The position numbers and the translations under genes are program-made. From Planctomycetota bacterium (lineage in GTDB: Bacteria; Planctomycetota; Planctomycetia; Pirellulales; UBA1268), in contig QWOQ01000007.1 in the NCBI GenBank assembly GCA_003669585.1, positions 106,694 to 170,693 of the forward strand: a stretch of DNA of 64,000 nucleotides, written 5' to 3'. Every line of letters begins with the position of its first letter. The stretch's first letter is position 1. Of the stretch, positions 20,582 through 30,474 are shown in pieces. Below the pieces are notes generated by a model, which did no database searches, was not told the DNA's origin, and worked only from the letters and a program-made list of their open reading frames with translations.

Positions 20582-20903
20582 GGAACAGGGCTACTGTACG
20601 AGCCAACCTACTATTTCTCAAGCATCTAGGCCATCGTCGCTTTGCAACGCGACCTGATCGATGTGGCAAGACCAATCAAGTGGACGCTTGCGAGACGTTC
20701 ACGCAATTCAGAAAGTCTTGCCAAAGGTCTATTTGGTCCGCCCATGCGGAATGTTCACAACATGCCGACAACGTCTCTGCATACCGACGGGAACGACCAC
20801 ACACAGACAAGTGTTCATCTTTGGCGTTCTGGTCGATCATTCCAACTGCGGAAGTAAGGACGTCGGGCCGGTCGTCCTGCCGCACAACACAGGAGTGAGA
20901 CTC

Positions 20904-21206
20904 ATGGCAAAAGATACGTGGCGCGTTGTGACCCGTGGTGCAGACGGAGAACTCTATATTCATGATTTCGATTCACCCGAACACATTATTCGATCTCACC
21001 TTCGAATTGGTTCAGATGATTGCAGCACAGACCTCGATCTGCGCGGCGCTCCTATCTTTCGATCACTGATTGGCCCCATGCCAGAGGGATCCAACATTGT
21101 GCGATACGAGACGCCTGAAGTCTTTGAAGCACTTACGAAGGAGTGGAGCATGCCAAGGGCCCCAAGACGTCGCGTTCGCAAAACCGAGACCACAGCGAAA
21201 ATCTGA
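20904..21206 (+). CDS. Hypothetical small protein
   Basis: The ATG at 20904 is preceded by AGGAG (20891-20895) at 8-nt spacing. The 100-aa product (MAKDTWRVVTRGADGELYIHDFDSPEH...) has a basic tail. The longer 20661 start overlaps the tRNA flank and looks non-coding. Confidence 0.4.
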   Translation: MAKDTWRVVTRGADGELYIHDFDSPEHIIRSHLRIGSDDCSTDLDLRGAPIFRSLIGPMPEGSNIVRYETPEVFEALTKEWSMPRAPRRRVRKTETTAKI

Positions 21207-21305
21207 CAGTACGACGATTCGGTTCATTGTTTTCGGCGTAGAGACGGCGAGTTGACGAACAATCTTGAAAAGTGAAGATCAAGAGCTGGTTCTCTAGCTT
21301 CCCTG

Positions 21306-21611
21306 TTGACACACCGGAAAACAAATCCTTTGCAACGCGTTATTGACTTAGAACTCCTTCAACTTCTTTGCTGCCCAGTAGATCGCAGCCCTCTTCACGA
21401 GGCAGGTCCCGATCTGCTCAACGCGATCAACGAAGCCATTCAAAAAAACGCACTCTATACTCTCTCTGGGCGACCGGTCCAGAAACAAGTACACGGGGTA
21501 CTCGTGCGACGCGACAACAGCGTCGGCTACCTCATTCACGATTTTATTCCGGCACTCATCGGTGAAGAAGGAGTCGATCTCGCACCGTTTGAACGTGTAA
21601 GTCTCTCCTAG
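21306..21611 (+). CDS. Trm112-family (UPF0434/DUF343) small protein
   Basis: LELLQLLCCPVDRSPL...YLIHDFIPALI resembles the Trm112p-like fold signature (LL.iL.CP......L). The start codon is uncertain: TTG 21306 or TTG 21330. Confidence 0.55.
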   Translation: MTHRKTNPLQRVIDLELLQLLCCPVDRSPLHEAGPDLLNAINEAIQKNALYTLSGRPVQKQVHGVLVRRDNSVGYLIHDFIPALIGEEGVDLAPFERVSLS

Positions 21612-21673
21612 ACTTTTCTGTGACAACGATTCCACAAAATGAATTCTCTTTTTCTCTCACTTTTTTTGACTCA

Positions 21674-22015
21674 ATGATTGAGACACTTTTTACAAAAATT
21701 ATTCGTCGTGAAATTCCTGCCAGAATCGAATACGAGGACGATCTCTGCCTAGCGTTTCACGATGTTGCTCCACAGGCACCGATTCATCTGCTCGTGATTC
21801 CTAAGCTTCCTCTCCCATCGCTTGCAGCCGCCGGGCCGAACGATGCACCCCTACTCGGACATCTTGTTGACGTGGCTCGCACAATCGCCACAAACTTGAA
21901 TCTCAAACAGGGCTACCGCCTGGTGATCAATTGTGGCATTGACGGTGGCCAGAGCGTTGATCACCTTCACATCCATCTGCTTGGCGGACGATCAATGCAG
22001 TGGCCACCCGGATAA
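21674..22015 (+). CDS. Histidine triad (HIT) nucleotide-binding protein
   Basis: 113 aa from ATG 21674. FTKIIRREIPARIEYEDDLCLAFHDVAPQAPIHLLVIPK and the HIT motif SVDHLHIHLLGG. Confidence 0.9.
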   Translation: MIETLFTKIIRREIPARIEYEDDLCLAFHDVAPQAPIHLLVIPKLPLPSLAAAGPNDAPLLGHLVDVARTIATNLNLKQGYRLVINCGIDGGQSVDHLHIHLLGGRSMQWPPG

Positions 22016-22072
22016 ATTGATCGAAGCAATTTGGTTGCACAGTACGTACCGGGGAGTGTTCACGCGAACGTG

Positions 22073-25000
22073 TTATTGCCACCATTTTCGAAATCGGTCG
22101 ATCATTCCTGATCGCTCTGGAGGCTCTTTTTTTATTGTTTCAGCAGTTTTCTGGACGCCTTCCGTGGAATGAGACTCAGCGGCCATAGCCACCATTTCGT
22201 CAGAGACGTACCGCTCAAGAAATCTTGGCCAGTACCCCCCGAGCTCCACGACGCAAGTTCCTACGTCACCTGTTCCCAGATGGTGATCGATGAGGGCAAG
22301 AATTTTTGAGAGCTGCACTCGCTGCGATCCATCAAACGCCAAATCAAAGAGCCGAACTTCATCGATTCTGATTTTTCCTGGACCGAGCATATCAAATCGA
22401 ACTCGCAGAGACTCGAGTGCCTCTCTTGGAAGATCATCGATCTGCAGAACAAACTGTGACCATCCCGGCTCGAGGTGAGTGGCTCCGAGACCGTCCCCCA
22501 CCGCTGCAAATCGATAATATTCCTGACCGTTCTGGACTCCTTCAACCGCAATTCGAAGCGGTGGCTGCTTCTGACCTGCGTCATGATACAACCACGCTGC
22601 AACGCTGATTCGTCCTGACGATGGAGACGCAAACGGATTGCTACGAAGCGTGGAGAGCCCGTTTGGGGAAGAAAATTCTAGGGACTGTGTTCCTGCCGAT
22701 ATACCGCCGACCACAGCGAGTGACCCTCGTGTTGATTCCACAATCTCCCATCCCGGAACGGTGCCGGATGGTGCTGCTAGTTCAAATCCTGGATTGTCGA
22801 GCAGGGCCATTTGTGGAGGAACCTCAATAATCGCGCGGCGCTCCCTGAGTGATGCAAGCTCTTCGTGCACTGCCTGCTTTACTTCCTGGGTGAATACTGC
22901 GCGAATAGAGTCCACACGAGTCGTTCCCTCTAGGACAACGCCTCGCGTCTCCCAAGCATGAAGCGCAACTGAAATTGTTTGATTGGTAATCATTTCAATT
23001 TTCTGGCCGTCGATACAATCTGTTGCTTGCGAAACCGCAGACGCAGTTTTTATGACCGCTTCCACTGGCACCCGTGACGCGTTGGCAAGAAGTACGACCA
23101 CTCCTCCGGATGCCTGCCTGCTCCGAGCGATCAGCGGTGCATCCGCTTTATCGAGAAGCTGAAACTCTTCATTCGGAAGCGATCCAAACAGACTCGCGGC
23201 TGTTCCCACTGATTCTCGCCAACCACTCAAAAGAATGCCTTCATCAAAAACGACTTCCGGATCGGATGCCAACATCGACTCGACCCAGCGCCGACGAACG
23301 ACCGTCGGGCCCACTGCGTGCAACGAGAGCGGCTGGGTGATTGTGCCCGCCCCGTAGGGACTATGTGTGGAAAGTTTTTCGACAGTCGCTGTCACTCCAA
23401 CACCTAGCCCAACAACTCCCCGTCTTCTGGCTGCCGCAAGACTTCGAGCAACTCCGTATGCTCGATTAATACTTTCCGCAACGCTTCCCCGTAAAAGATC
23501 ATCCGAAGCACACGTAACGTGTGGTGATACGAGCACCACTCGCCCGGGCATAGTTATGAGTTCTGGACTGATGCCGGCCTCTAGGAGCAGATCATCGTCT
23601 GAGGAATCATTGGACAAGGATGGCTTGAGCCGTTCAGCAAACGACCCCTGTGAGAGAAGATCTGTCACGGTCACAAAAAATCGCAGGTCTCTTCGGGCGG
23701 CAGATACCTTTTCAGCAAGACGCTGTGAAAATTCTGCAAGGTTTTTTGCTCTCCACTGGAGCCAGCGTTCGCGAAGAGGTCCTTCAACAAGCTTTGCGCG
23801 TTCTGCAAAACGCTCAGGTCCGATCCCAACGAATGCAAGAGAACAGTCCGCTGCAAATCGGCCAAAAGTCTTATCGTCAAGAGCGGATGCAACCTCTGGC
23901 ATGTGAAGCCACCCATCATAGCCAATGGCTATGGCCACGCCGTCAGCTGCATGACTGCTTGCCACTTGTCCGGCTAACTCACTGACAATGCGTTCAACTG
24001 CATCCTGAACTCGCGAGTCAAGAGGATTATAGAAATGCACTGGAGAGTCACCGGATGTGAAAAACTCTCTGCCATCGCTACCAATACAGAGAATTCCATC
24101 AGCACTTTTTGAATCATTTGTATAGAGCAAATTCTCCAGCTCAATGATCGGAGCAGAAAACTCAAGAGCCGGTACAAACTTTAGTGCACGTCGCTCGAAT
24201 AATCGCAGAAGCAACGCAAGCACATTTTTTCGATTTGGATCGGACCCGGAATCTGCAAGCAACGCAGTATCCCACCGCAGGGTCGAGAGAATTGAATTTG
24301 TTGGCCACATCGATGCCCCATCTACCATCACCCCCACCATCGCTCCACCAGCACCTTGATGCGACACCAAATCGACGAGTCGATTCGCACCTTGAAGAAA
24401 CTGCACCCAGTCACTCACAACTCTTCCCGATCCGGCATCGATGTTTCCTATTGCTGAAAATCGAGAGAATTCAGGATCTTTGAGATAGGCAGCAACCAGG
24501 CGATTGCCGCTGTTTTTCGGACCTGCGTCCAGTGGCTCGGTCGAAACCGACACGCGAACGCGTCCTATAAAGGCCGAGGAGACAACTGAGAGATTTGTAA
24601 GGACTACTGTCGGCGACTTGGTACTTGGCCAGAACATGACACGATGAATAAGTCTCGAAGGTGTTTCTGGCACGCCCGCGAGAGGGCTATCAACGCGCAG
24701 CACTCCCTCGTTTCGTACGGATCCAACAGTACCCAGCGGACCGGGCTCCACAATACTGACGCCGAGAGCCGCTGGAGAATCGCTTGGATATTCAATCTCT
24801 AACAGATGAGGCAGCCCGGGCTGCGCCATCGCGATCACAATTGCCTCCCACGAAGGTTCACTCACAGACTTCGCGGGGGGGAGCTTGAGCATCGGTCCAA
24901 GCAGATGCACCTCGAGAGATGCATCTCCGGCCGAAAGCGGTCCGCTCAGTTTCGGAATGAGGTTCTCAATCGAACGTGCCGCCTTGGCGCTTTTTTCAAA

Positions 25001-26212
25001 TGCATTTGATGCAACATTGATGGATGCATCAAAAACACCACCGCGAGGAAGTCCTGTGAAGGCTGGCATCTTCGGAATGCCGCCAATCGATTCAAGTGCA
25101 CTTGCTCCTGGAATCATTCTCAGTCGCTCAAGCAGCCCCGGGCTTGCGGGATCAAGTTCATAGAGCATCTTCCACGATGGCTTCAGTCCCATTGCGGGGG
25201 CAACATCGCTCACTGCCACCAATTGAACCGCACGGGAGGCAATCGGTCTCATGAATTTTATGTCAGCCCACGGAAGCCCACCGCGATCAAATGCCTCGAG
25301 CACAATGTCGTAGGCTCCTTCTGCTTTTGGAACGGTAACATCGAGGGAAACAGCGGCGTAGACGCGAGGCCCCAACTTTGTTGAGTTCTTGAGTTCTTGC
25401 AACACAACCTGCTGCACAGAGTGCTCTCGACCCTGCCTTGCTGAAACCACCCGAACGCGGAGCTCCACGACACCCGACCTTGCTGAAGCGGGCAGGAACG
25501 GCTGCACATTGAGTCGGATTGATTCACCCGGCCGACGAACCAGATCGCCATCAATCGATACCGCAAGCGAATCGCCCGGAGCTCGCATAATCGTAAGACG
25601 ATTACCATCCCCATCAATCGACACAGTGCGTTGAGTCGACAAGAGCTCTTCAAGTGAAAATTCGATCTGCGGACTTGCAGTGGCATGTGAATCAGGAACC
25701 ATGTTGATAACGACAACAGTTCCTCGCCAGCGATCAACCGAAAAGTCAATCCCATCAAAGCTGCGAGCGTTCGTCCCATGCAAGCTCACTCGGTCCCCTG
25801 TAAGGTGATAACCGCAAGCCGCATCTCGCTCACTCGAAAGCGTTTCTAAATGACTCAGAACTATTGGGGGTGACTGTTTTGTCTCTAGAGATTCGCTTCG
25901 AACCTGAATTGATCCCGACCATGCGTGCGGTCGTCCACCGCCCCACGAAAGCCTCAACCGCATGGGTGGATCAGCATTTACCTCTGGAGCCGCTTGAGTC
26001 TCAACATATCTTCCGCACACAAGCACGGTTATCCATGCCAGAACGAATGCAGACCGATTCCAATTCCCAGGCCTCACGAGACGACGTCGCTGCCGATCGC
26101 AACGAGAAATGAAAAACGCTCGTGACTGTACAGAAATCATGCGTGTATCCGCAGGCCTTAGGCAGAATCGTCGAGAAGGGGGCGGGGATACTAGCTTGTC
26201 TGCGTTGGCCAA
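22073..26212 (-). CDS. Large secreted hypothetical protein (about 1379 aa) with a C-terminal CBM4/9-like segment
   Basis: Long uninterrupted ORF. Signal/TM-like segment SAFVLAWITVLVCG. The central region has alternating beta/alpha character (VGVMVDGASMWP...FVPALEF...FYNPLDSRVQDAV...GVAIAIGYDGWLHMPE) suggestive of a TIM-barrel glycoside-hydrolase-like fold. 'LDNPGFELAAPSGTVPGWEIVES' resembles the start of a CBM4_9 beta-sandwich. The domain calls are tentative. Confidence 0.6.
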   Translation of the reverse strand: MANADKLVSPPPSRRFCLRPADTRMISVQSRAFFISRCDRQRRRLVRPGNWNRSAFVLAWITVLVCGRYVETQAAPEVNADPPMRLRLSWGGGRPHAWSGSIQVRSESLETKQSPPIVLSHLETLSSERDAACGYHLTGDRVSLHGTNARSFDGIDFSVDRWRGTVVVINMVPDSHATASPQIEFSLEELLSTQRTVSIDGDGNRLTIMRAPGDSLAVSIDGDLVRRPGESIRLNVQPFLPASARSGVVELRVRVVSARQGREHSVQQVVLQELKNSTKLGPRVYAAVSLDVTVPKAEGAYDIVLEAFDRGGLPWADIKFMRPIASRAVQLVAVSDVAPAMGLKPSWKMLYELDPASPGLLERLRMIPGASALESIGGIPKMPAFTGLPRGGVFDASINVASNAFEKSAKAARSIENLIPKLSGPLSAGDASLEVHLLGPMLKLPPAKSVSEPSWEAIVIAMAQPGLPHLLEIEYPSDSPAALGVSIVEPGPLGTVGSVRNEGVLRVDSPLAGVPETPSRLIHRVMFWPSTKSPTVVLTNLSVVSSAFIGRVRVSVSTEPLDAGPKNSGNRLVAAYLKDPEFSRFSAIGNIDAGSGRVVSDWVQFLQGANRLVDLVSHQGAGGAMVGVMVDGASMWPTNSILSTLRWDTALLADSGSDPNRKNVLALLLRLFERRALKFVPALEFSAPIIELENLLYTNDSKSADGILCIGSDGREFFTSGDSPVHFYNPLDSRVQDAVERIVSELAGQVASSHAADGVAIAIGYDGWLHMPEVASALDDKTFGRFAADCSLAFVGIGPERFAERAKLVEGPLRERWLQWRAKNLAEFSQRLAEKVSAARRDLRFFVTVTDLLSQGSFAERLKPSLSNDSSDDDLLLEAGISPELITMPGRVVLVSPHVTCASDDLLRGSVAESINRAYGVARSLAAARRRGVVGLGVGVTATVEKLSTHSPYGAGTITQPLSLHAVGPTVVRRRWVESMLASDPEVVFDEGILLSGWRESVGTAASLFGSLPNEEFQLLDKADAPLIARSRQASGGVVVLLANASRVPVEAVIKTASAVSQATDCIDGQKIEMITNQTISVALHAWETRGVVLEGTTRVDSIRAVFTQEVKQAVHEELASLRERRAIIEVPPQMALLDNPGFELAAPSGTVPGWEIVESTRGSLAVVGGISAGTQSLEFSSPNGLSTLRSNPFASPSSGRISVAAWLYHDAGQKQPPLRIAVEGVQNGQEYYRFAAVGDGLGATHLEPGWSQFVLQIDDLPREALESLRVRFDMLGPGKIRIDEVRLFDLAFDGSQRVQLSKILALIDHHLGTGDVGTCVVELGGYWPRFLERYVSDEMVAMAAESHSTEGVQKTAETIKKEPPERSGMIDRFRKWWQ

Positions 26213-26289
26213 TCCAAGCCTGTTTGCATCTCAGAAGAGACCGCAAATCCGCAGGAAAAATGACGTTGCGTTCAGAATTCTCGAATCGA

Positions 26290-27600
26290 CTACGAAAATC
26301 CCTCGGACGCCTTCTGCGATAGCAACGCGGACCAAGCAGATTCAGCAGACCCATTCATCACCGCAACAGCCAATGCGCCGAGTTCATCCGTCACGTCGCG
26401 ACAACGATCAGCAACATCAGATAACTCAAAAAAGTCATCCGGCTTAGAAAAAAGTTGTATCGTCAGATCTTCTATTTTATGCACCGCACTTTTTTCCGAA
26501 GAATCGCAACACCATGCCGCAAGGTGCCATGCCGGTGTAACAATCGCGGCAGTGCGACCCGCCATAGAAGTCACGACTACTCGGTCGCGAGCGTCGTACT
26601 TCCACGATGTAAACAACTGATCAAGACTCCTCGCCGATGAGGGATTTGATGAAGAAACATCTGCCACACCAAATGCACCTCCAGCCACAGTCGTAGAGAG
26701 ATCTGCCGGAATCGTGAGACCTCCAAATCGCTGCGAACTCATTCGGCCCTGGGGATCACAGAGAATCGCCGGCACATGAATCAACTCCCCAAATGGCCTC
26801 GACCATTGAGTTCCGACATATCCATGCAGCCCAAGAGCCATTCCACGAACTCCGCAGAGCAGCACAGTCCATTGATCAGAAGAAGATTCAATCTTTCCCA
26901 TGAGCCTTCCAAGACATTCATCCAGAAGCGTTAATTGACCCGCAAATGCCTGACGAATGCCGACGATCTGATCTGGATCAGTCTGATTGGTTACAGACAT
27001 TTCATCGACAACGGAATCGTTTTTGGGAGCGGGGTCGTCCGGATCAGCGTATGAGAATCGATAGTCCAGCGGGGCATCCCAAGAAACTCCGAGACTCTCC
27101 ACATGGCACCAGACCAGATGCCGTGCACCAGATTCAACCGCGAGGCACGCTTCGTCAAAAATCCGGAACAGATGCGTGCTCTCTGCATGCGTGGCAACAA
27201 CATTCTTGATTGCACCTTCTACAAATCGGACCTCATCTGGATTCATTCCGGTACGTTTTGAAAAGCCTGTATCTTTGAACGGATTGTCTCGCAACCACTG
27301 TGCGTCGGTCACGAGAATCGATTCATGCCCACATCGCCGGACTTGTTCAAAAATGGAACTCTCGCCTGCTGGGCAGACAAGTGATCGAAAGACCTCCTGA
27401 ACATCGTCGCTCGTTACGAGACAGCGGTCGAACACAATTCCTCGTGAAGCGAGCCGATCGACCGATGGCATCGAGACCCACCCGGCACCGCACGCTGAAA
27501 TCATCCACGCCGGAAGACGATCGATCGTGACGATCAGCAAACGGTGAGAAGGCTTCAAAAACTCGGGAACAGGAGATGCTGGCATAGAATTATTGTCCAC
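26290..27600 (-). CDS. Alkaline-phosphatase-superfamily (sulfatase-like) protein with degenerate active-site motifs
   Basis: 436 aa. RLLIVTIDRLPAWMISACGAGWVSMPSVDRLASRGIVFDRC mirrors the sulfatase N-terminus (vDdLr...gcyG...tPnlDrLa.eG..F..a), but no C-x-P-x-R formylglycine motif follows. LVWCHVESLGVSWDAP mirrors the second sulfatase block. Confidence 0.4.
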   Translation of the reverse strand: MDNNSMPASPVPEFLKPSHRLLIVTIDRLPAWMISACGAGWVSMPSVDRLASRGIVFDRCLVTSDDVQEVFRSLVCPAGESSIFEQVRRCGHESILVTDAQWLRDNPFKDTGFSKRTGMNPDEVRFVEGAIKNVVATHAESTHLFRIFDEACLAVESGARHLVWCHVESLGVSWDAPLDYRFSYADPDDPAPKNDSVVDEMSVTNQTDPDQIVGIRQAFAGQLTLLDECLGRLMGKIESSSDQWTVLLCGVRGMALGLHGYVGTQWSRPFGELIHVPAILCDPQGRMSSQRFGGLTIPADLSTTVAGGAFGVADVSSSNPSSARSLDQLFTSWKYDARDRVVVTSMAGRTAAIVTPAWHLAAWCCDSSEKSAVHKIEDLTIQLFSKPDDFFELSDVADRCRDVTDELGALAVAVMNGSAESAWSALLSQKASEGFS

Positions 27601-27743
27601 ATTTAATCTCGAAAGGCATCCCCAGCATGTCTTTCGTATTTCCCACCAGCATTGTTTTTCTGCGCACCATCATTCACACTCCGCATTCCCTTCGACGTCG
27701 CGTCACTGAAATTCCTTGTATTGTCTCTCTATTTTCTTTTTTC

Positions 27744-29342
27744 ATGGCACATTTTTCACACTTTCGTACCGCTCCGCGAACGATGGAGGGCATGCCCCCT
27801 GGGATCCCGTTCATCGTGGGCAACGAGGCCGCTGAACGTTTTTCTTTCTACGGAATGAAGACAATCCTCGTGGTGTTCATGACACAGTATCTCCTGTTGT
27901 CGACCGGCCGCCCCGATTTGATGAACGAAACCGAAGCGCGGGAATCAATGCACCTGTTCGTCGCGAGTGCCTACTTTTTCCCGATTCTCGGAGGCATTAT
28001 TGCGGACGCGTTTCTTGGAAAATACCTGACGATTCTGATTCTCTCTTTGGTGTACTGTGGCGGACACCTCTGCCTGGCACTCATGGACATGCCGGAATCA
28101 ATGCTTGCACACACCATGGAACCGAGGGGATGGCTGCTTGCAGGACTGGCTTTGATTGCAATCGGTTCAGGTGGCATTAAACCCTGCGTTTCGGCACACG
28201 TCGGTGATCAATTTGGACAGTCAAACCGGCACCTGCTTCAACGGGTGTTTGGTTGGTTCTATTTTGCGATTAACTTTGGCTCTTTTTTTTCAACGCTTCT
28301 CACACCATGGCTTCTCAAACACTGGGGCGCGTCATGGGCTTTTGGTGTTCCAGGCATTCTGATGGCGGTTGCCACACTGGTCTTTTGGCTCGGAAGGAAT
28401 CGATTCGTTCACATTCCTCCGCGAGGTCCACATTACTTTGTAGAAACATTCGGGCGGGAGGGTCTGGCATCAATTCTCAAGCTTGTACCGCTTTACTTGC
28501 TGGTGGCTGTTTTCTGGTCGCTCTACGATCAATCCGGAGGAGCGTGGGTTCAGCAGGCGCAGCACATGGATCGCCGGTTTTTGGGTGTGCAGTGGCTTGA
28601 AAGTCAGATCCAGGCAATCAATCCACTCCTTGTGCTGATTTTTATTCCGCTCTTTAGCACCCTCATCTATCCAGCCCTTGGCCGCCTGATCGATCTTACA
28701 CCTCTGCGAAAAATCCTGGTTGGCTTTGCGCTCACCGTGATCGCTTTTGCAATCACCGCACACGCTCAAGGAATCATTGATAGCGAGACTGCACGATTTC
28801 GCAACGAGATTACTCCGCTGGCTGCTGCCGGAACGCTCGATCGGCCTGCCACCGCCGCAGCACTTCGCCAAGTGGGTCTGACTTCTCACGCCAATACTAT
28901 CGAAACACTCATTGACACGGACAGCCTCGTACCTTCAGTGGTCGACGCTGGCATCGCCGTCGATCGTGACGGAAACAGAATCCTGGCCAATTGGCCAACT
29001 GTTGGCTGGCAACTGCTCGCCTACATTGTGATCACAGCAGCCGAGGTCCTCGTATCAATCACGTGTCTCGAGTTTAGTTACACGCAGGCCCCTCCACAGA
29101 TGAAATCGCTTGTTATGAGTCTCTATTTATTAAGCGTATCGCTGGGAAACTTTTTTACAGCAATGGTCAACTCCCTGACGAAGGATGCTTCTGGGCATTC
29201 GGTACTCACAGGGGAGAACTATTACTGGTTTTTTACCGGATGCATGGCCGCAGCGACTCTTCTACTCGTTCCCGTGTTGTGGTGGTATCGCCCACGAGAA
29301 TACATTCAAAATGCCGCCACAGGTGATCGCGCGTCTTCATAA
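27744..29342 (+). CDS. Proton-dependent oligopeptide transporter (POT/PTR2 family)
   Basis: PTR2 signature GNEAAERFSFYGMKTILVVFM, GGIIADAFLGKY, GSGGIKPCVSAHVGDQF, FYFAINFGSF. Start taken at ATG 27744. Confidence 0.9.
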   Translation: MAHFSHFRTAPRTMEGMPPGIPFIVGNEAAERFSFYGMKTILVVFMTQYLLLSTGRPDLMNETEARESMHLFVASAYFFPILGGIIADAFLGKYLTILILSLVYCGGHLCLALMDMPESMLAHTMEPRGWLLAGLALIAIGSGGIKPCVSAHVGDQFGQSNRHLLQRVFGWFYFAINFGSFFSTLLTPWLLKHWGASWAFGVPGILMAVATLVFWLGRNRFVHIPPRGPHYFVETFGREGLASILKLVPLYLLVAVFWSLYDQSGGAWVQQAQHMDRRFLGVQWLESQIQAINPLLVLIFIPLFSTLIYPALGRLIDLTPLRKILVGFALTVIAFAITAHAQGIIDSETARFRNEITPLAAAGTLDRPATAAALRQVGLTSHANTIETLIDTDSLVPSVVDAGIAVDRDGNRILANWPTVGWQLLAYIVITAAEVLVSITCLEFSYTQAPPQMKSLVMSLYLLSVSLGNFFTAMVNSLTKDASGHSVLTGENYYWFFTGCMAAATLLLVPVLWWYRPREYIQNAATGDRASS

Positions 29343-29422
29343 TGTTCATAACCGTGGCCTCGTAACGACCTTTTGTTATTTTAGAAAACAACACAATCGT
29401 GTCATTTGAAAAGGATCTTTTT

Positions 29423-30331
29423 ATGAACCATTCATTCCTCTCGAGAAGGAACTTCCTCGGGTCGGCTGCTACCGTGATTGCAGCCGCTGGCATAGACAGC
29501 CGACGAGCGATCTCTTCGGTTGACGATGCACCACTTTTCAGAATTTCTCTTGCCGAATGGTCCCTTCACAGCACAATCTTTTCTGGAAAACTCGATCACC
29601 TCGATTTTCCAAGGGTTGCCAGACAAGAATTTGGGATCGAGGCGATTGAGTATGTCAATCAGTTTTTTAAAGACAAGGAAAAAGACTTATCCTATCTTGA
29701 TGAAATGGCAAAGCGTGCTGCCGACGTAGAAGTGAAGAGCCTGCTCATTATGTGTGACGGACTCGGAAATCTTGGAGATTCAAACGATGCGGCTCGTACC
29801 AAAACAGTAGAAAATCATTTTTCGTGGGTCGAAGCTGCAAAGCGTTTAGGCTGCCATTCAATTCGGGTCAACGCAGCCAGCGACGGCTCATTCAAGGAAC
29901 AGCAACTCCTTGTTGCCGATGGCTTGCATCGACTTTCAGAGTTTGCCTCCCAGCTCCACATTAATGTGATTGTGGAAAATCATGGTGGACTTTCAAGCAA
30001 TGGCCAATGGCTCGCCGGTGTCATGAAAATAGTGAATCTTCCCAACTGCGGTACGCTTCCAGACTTTGGTAATTTTCATGACTACGATCGCTACCTTGGT
30101 GTGGAAGAAGTGATGCCCTGGGCGAAAGCCGTCAGCGCAAAAAGTCACGAGTTCGATACTGACGGGAACGAAGTACGCACTGATTTTCTAAAAATGATGC
30201 GTCTGGTGACCACCGCCGGATACCACGAATGGGTCGGGATTGAATATGAAGGTAAAGCGATTGGTGAGCGAGAGGGTATTCTTGCGACCAAGAAACTTCT
30301 TGAGCGCGTTCGCACTCAGTTAGCTGCTTAA
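29423..30331 (+). CDS. Sugar phosphate isomerase/epimerase (xylose-isomerase-like TIM barrel) with TAT-type signal
   Basis: MNHSFLSRRNFLGSAATVIAAAG (twin-arginine signal). LGCHSIRVN, VIVENHGG and GIEYEG are typical AP-endonuclease-2/xylose-isomerase-like barrel blocks. Confidence 0.75.
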   Translation: MNHSFLSRRNFLGSAATVIAAAGIDSRRAISSVDDAPLFRISLAEWSLHSTIFSGKLDHLDFPRVARQEFGIEAIEYVNQFFKDKEKDLSYLDEMAKRAADVEVKSLLIMCDGLGNLGDSNDAARTKTVENHFSWVEAAKRLGCHSIRVNAASDGSFKEQQLLVADGLHRLSEFASQLHINVIVENHGGLSSNGQWLAGVMKIVNLPNCGTLPDFGNFHDYDRYLGVEEVMPWAKAVSAKSHEFDTDGNEVRTDFLKMMRLVTTAGYHEWVGIEYEGKAIGEREGILATKKLLERVRTQLAA

Positions 30332-30474
30332 AATCAGCTAGGATTTTATCTCTCTCACTTCGCATGGTTCCGACAATTCCATCTCCGGCTCTGCCTGAAA
30401 CTAATTCACCAGAGTGAGGCCAGAATCTCTTTCGTGATGCCTCCTCCTCGACAAATTCTCGCAATACTGGCATC

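Noticed and set aside
20359-21305. tRNA-Ser as a possible integration hotspot or genomic-island border
   Set aside because: There is no integrase, no direct repeat of the tRNA 3' end, and no obvious compositional break visible in the flanks. The neighbouring genes are ordinary.
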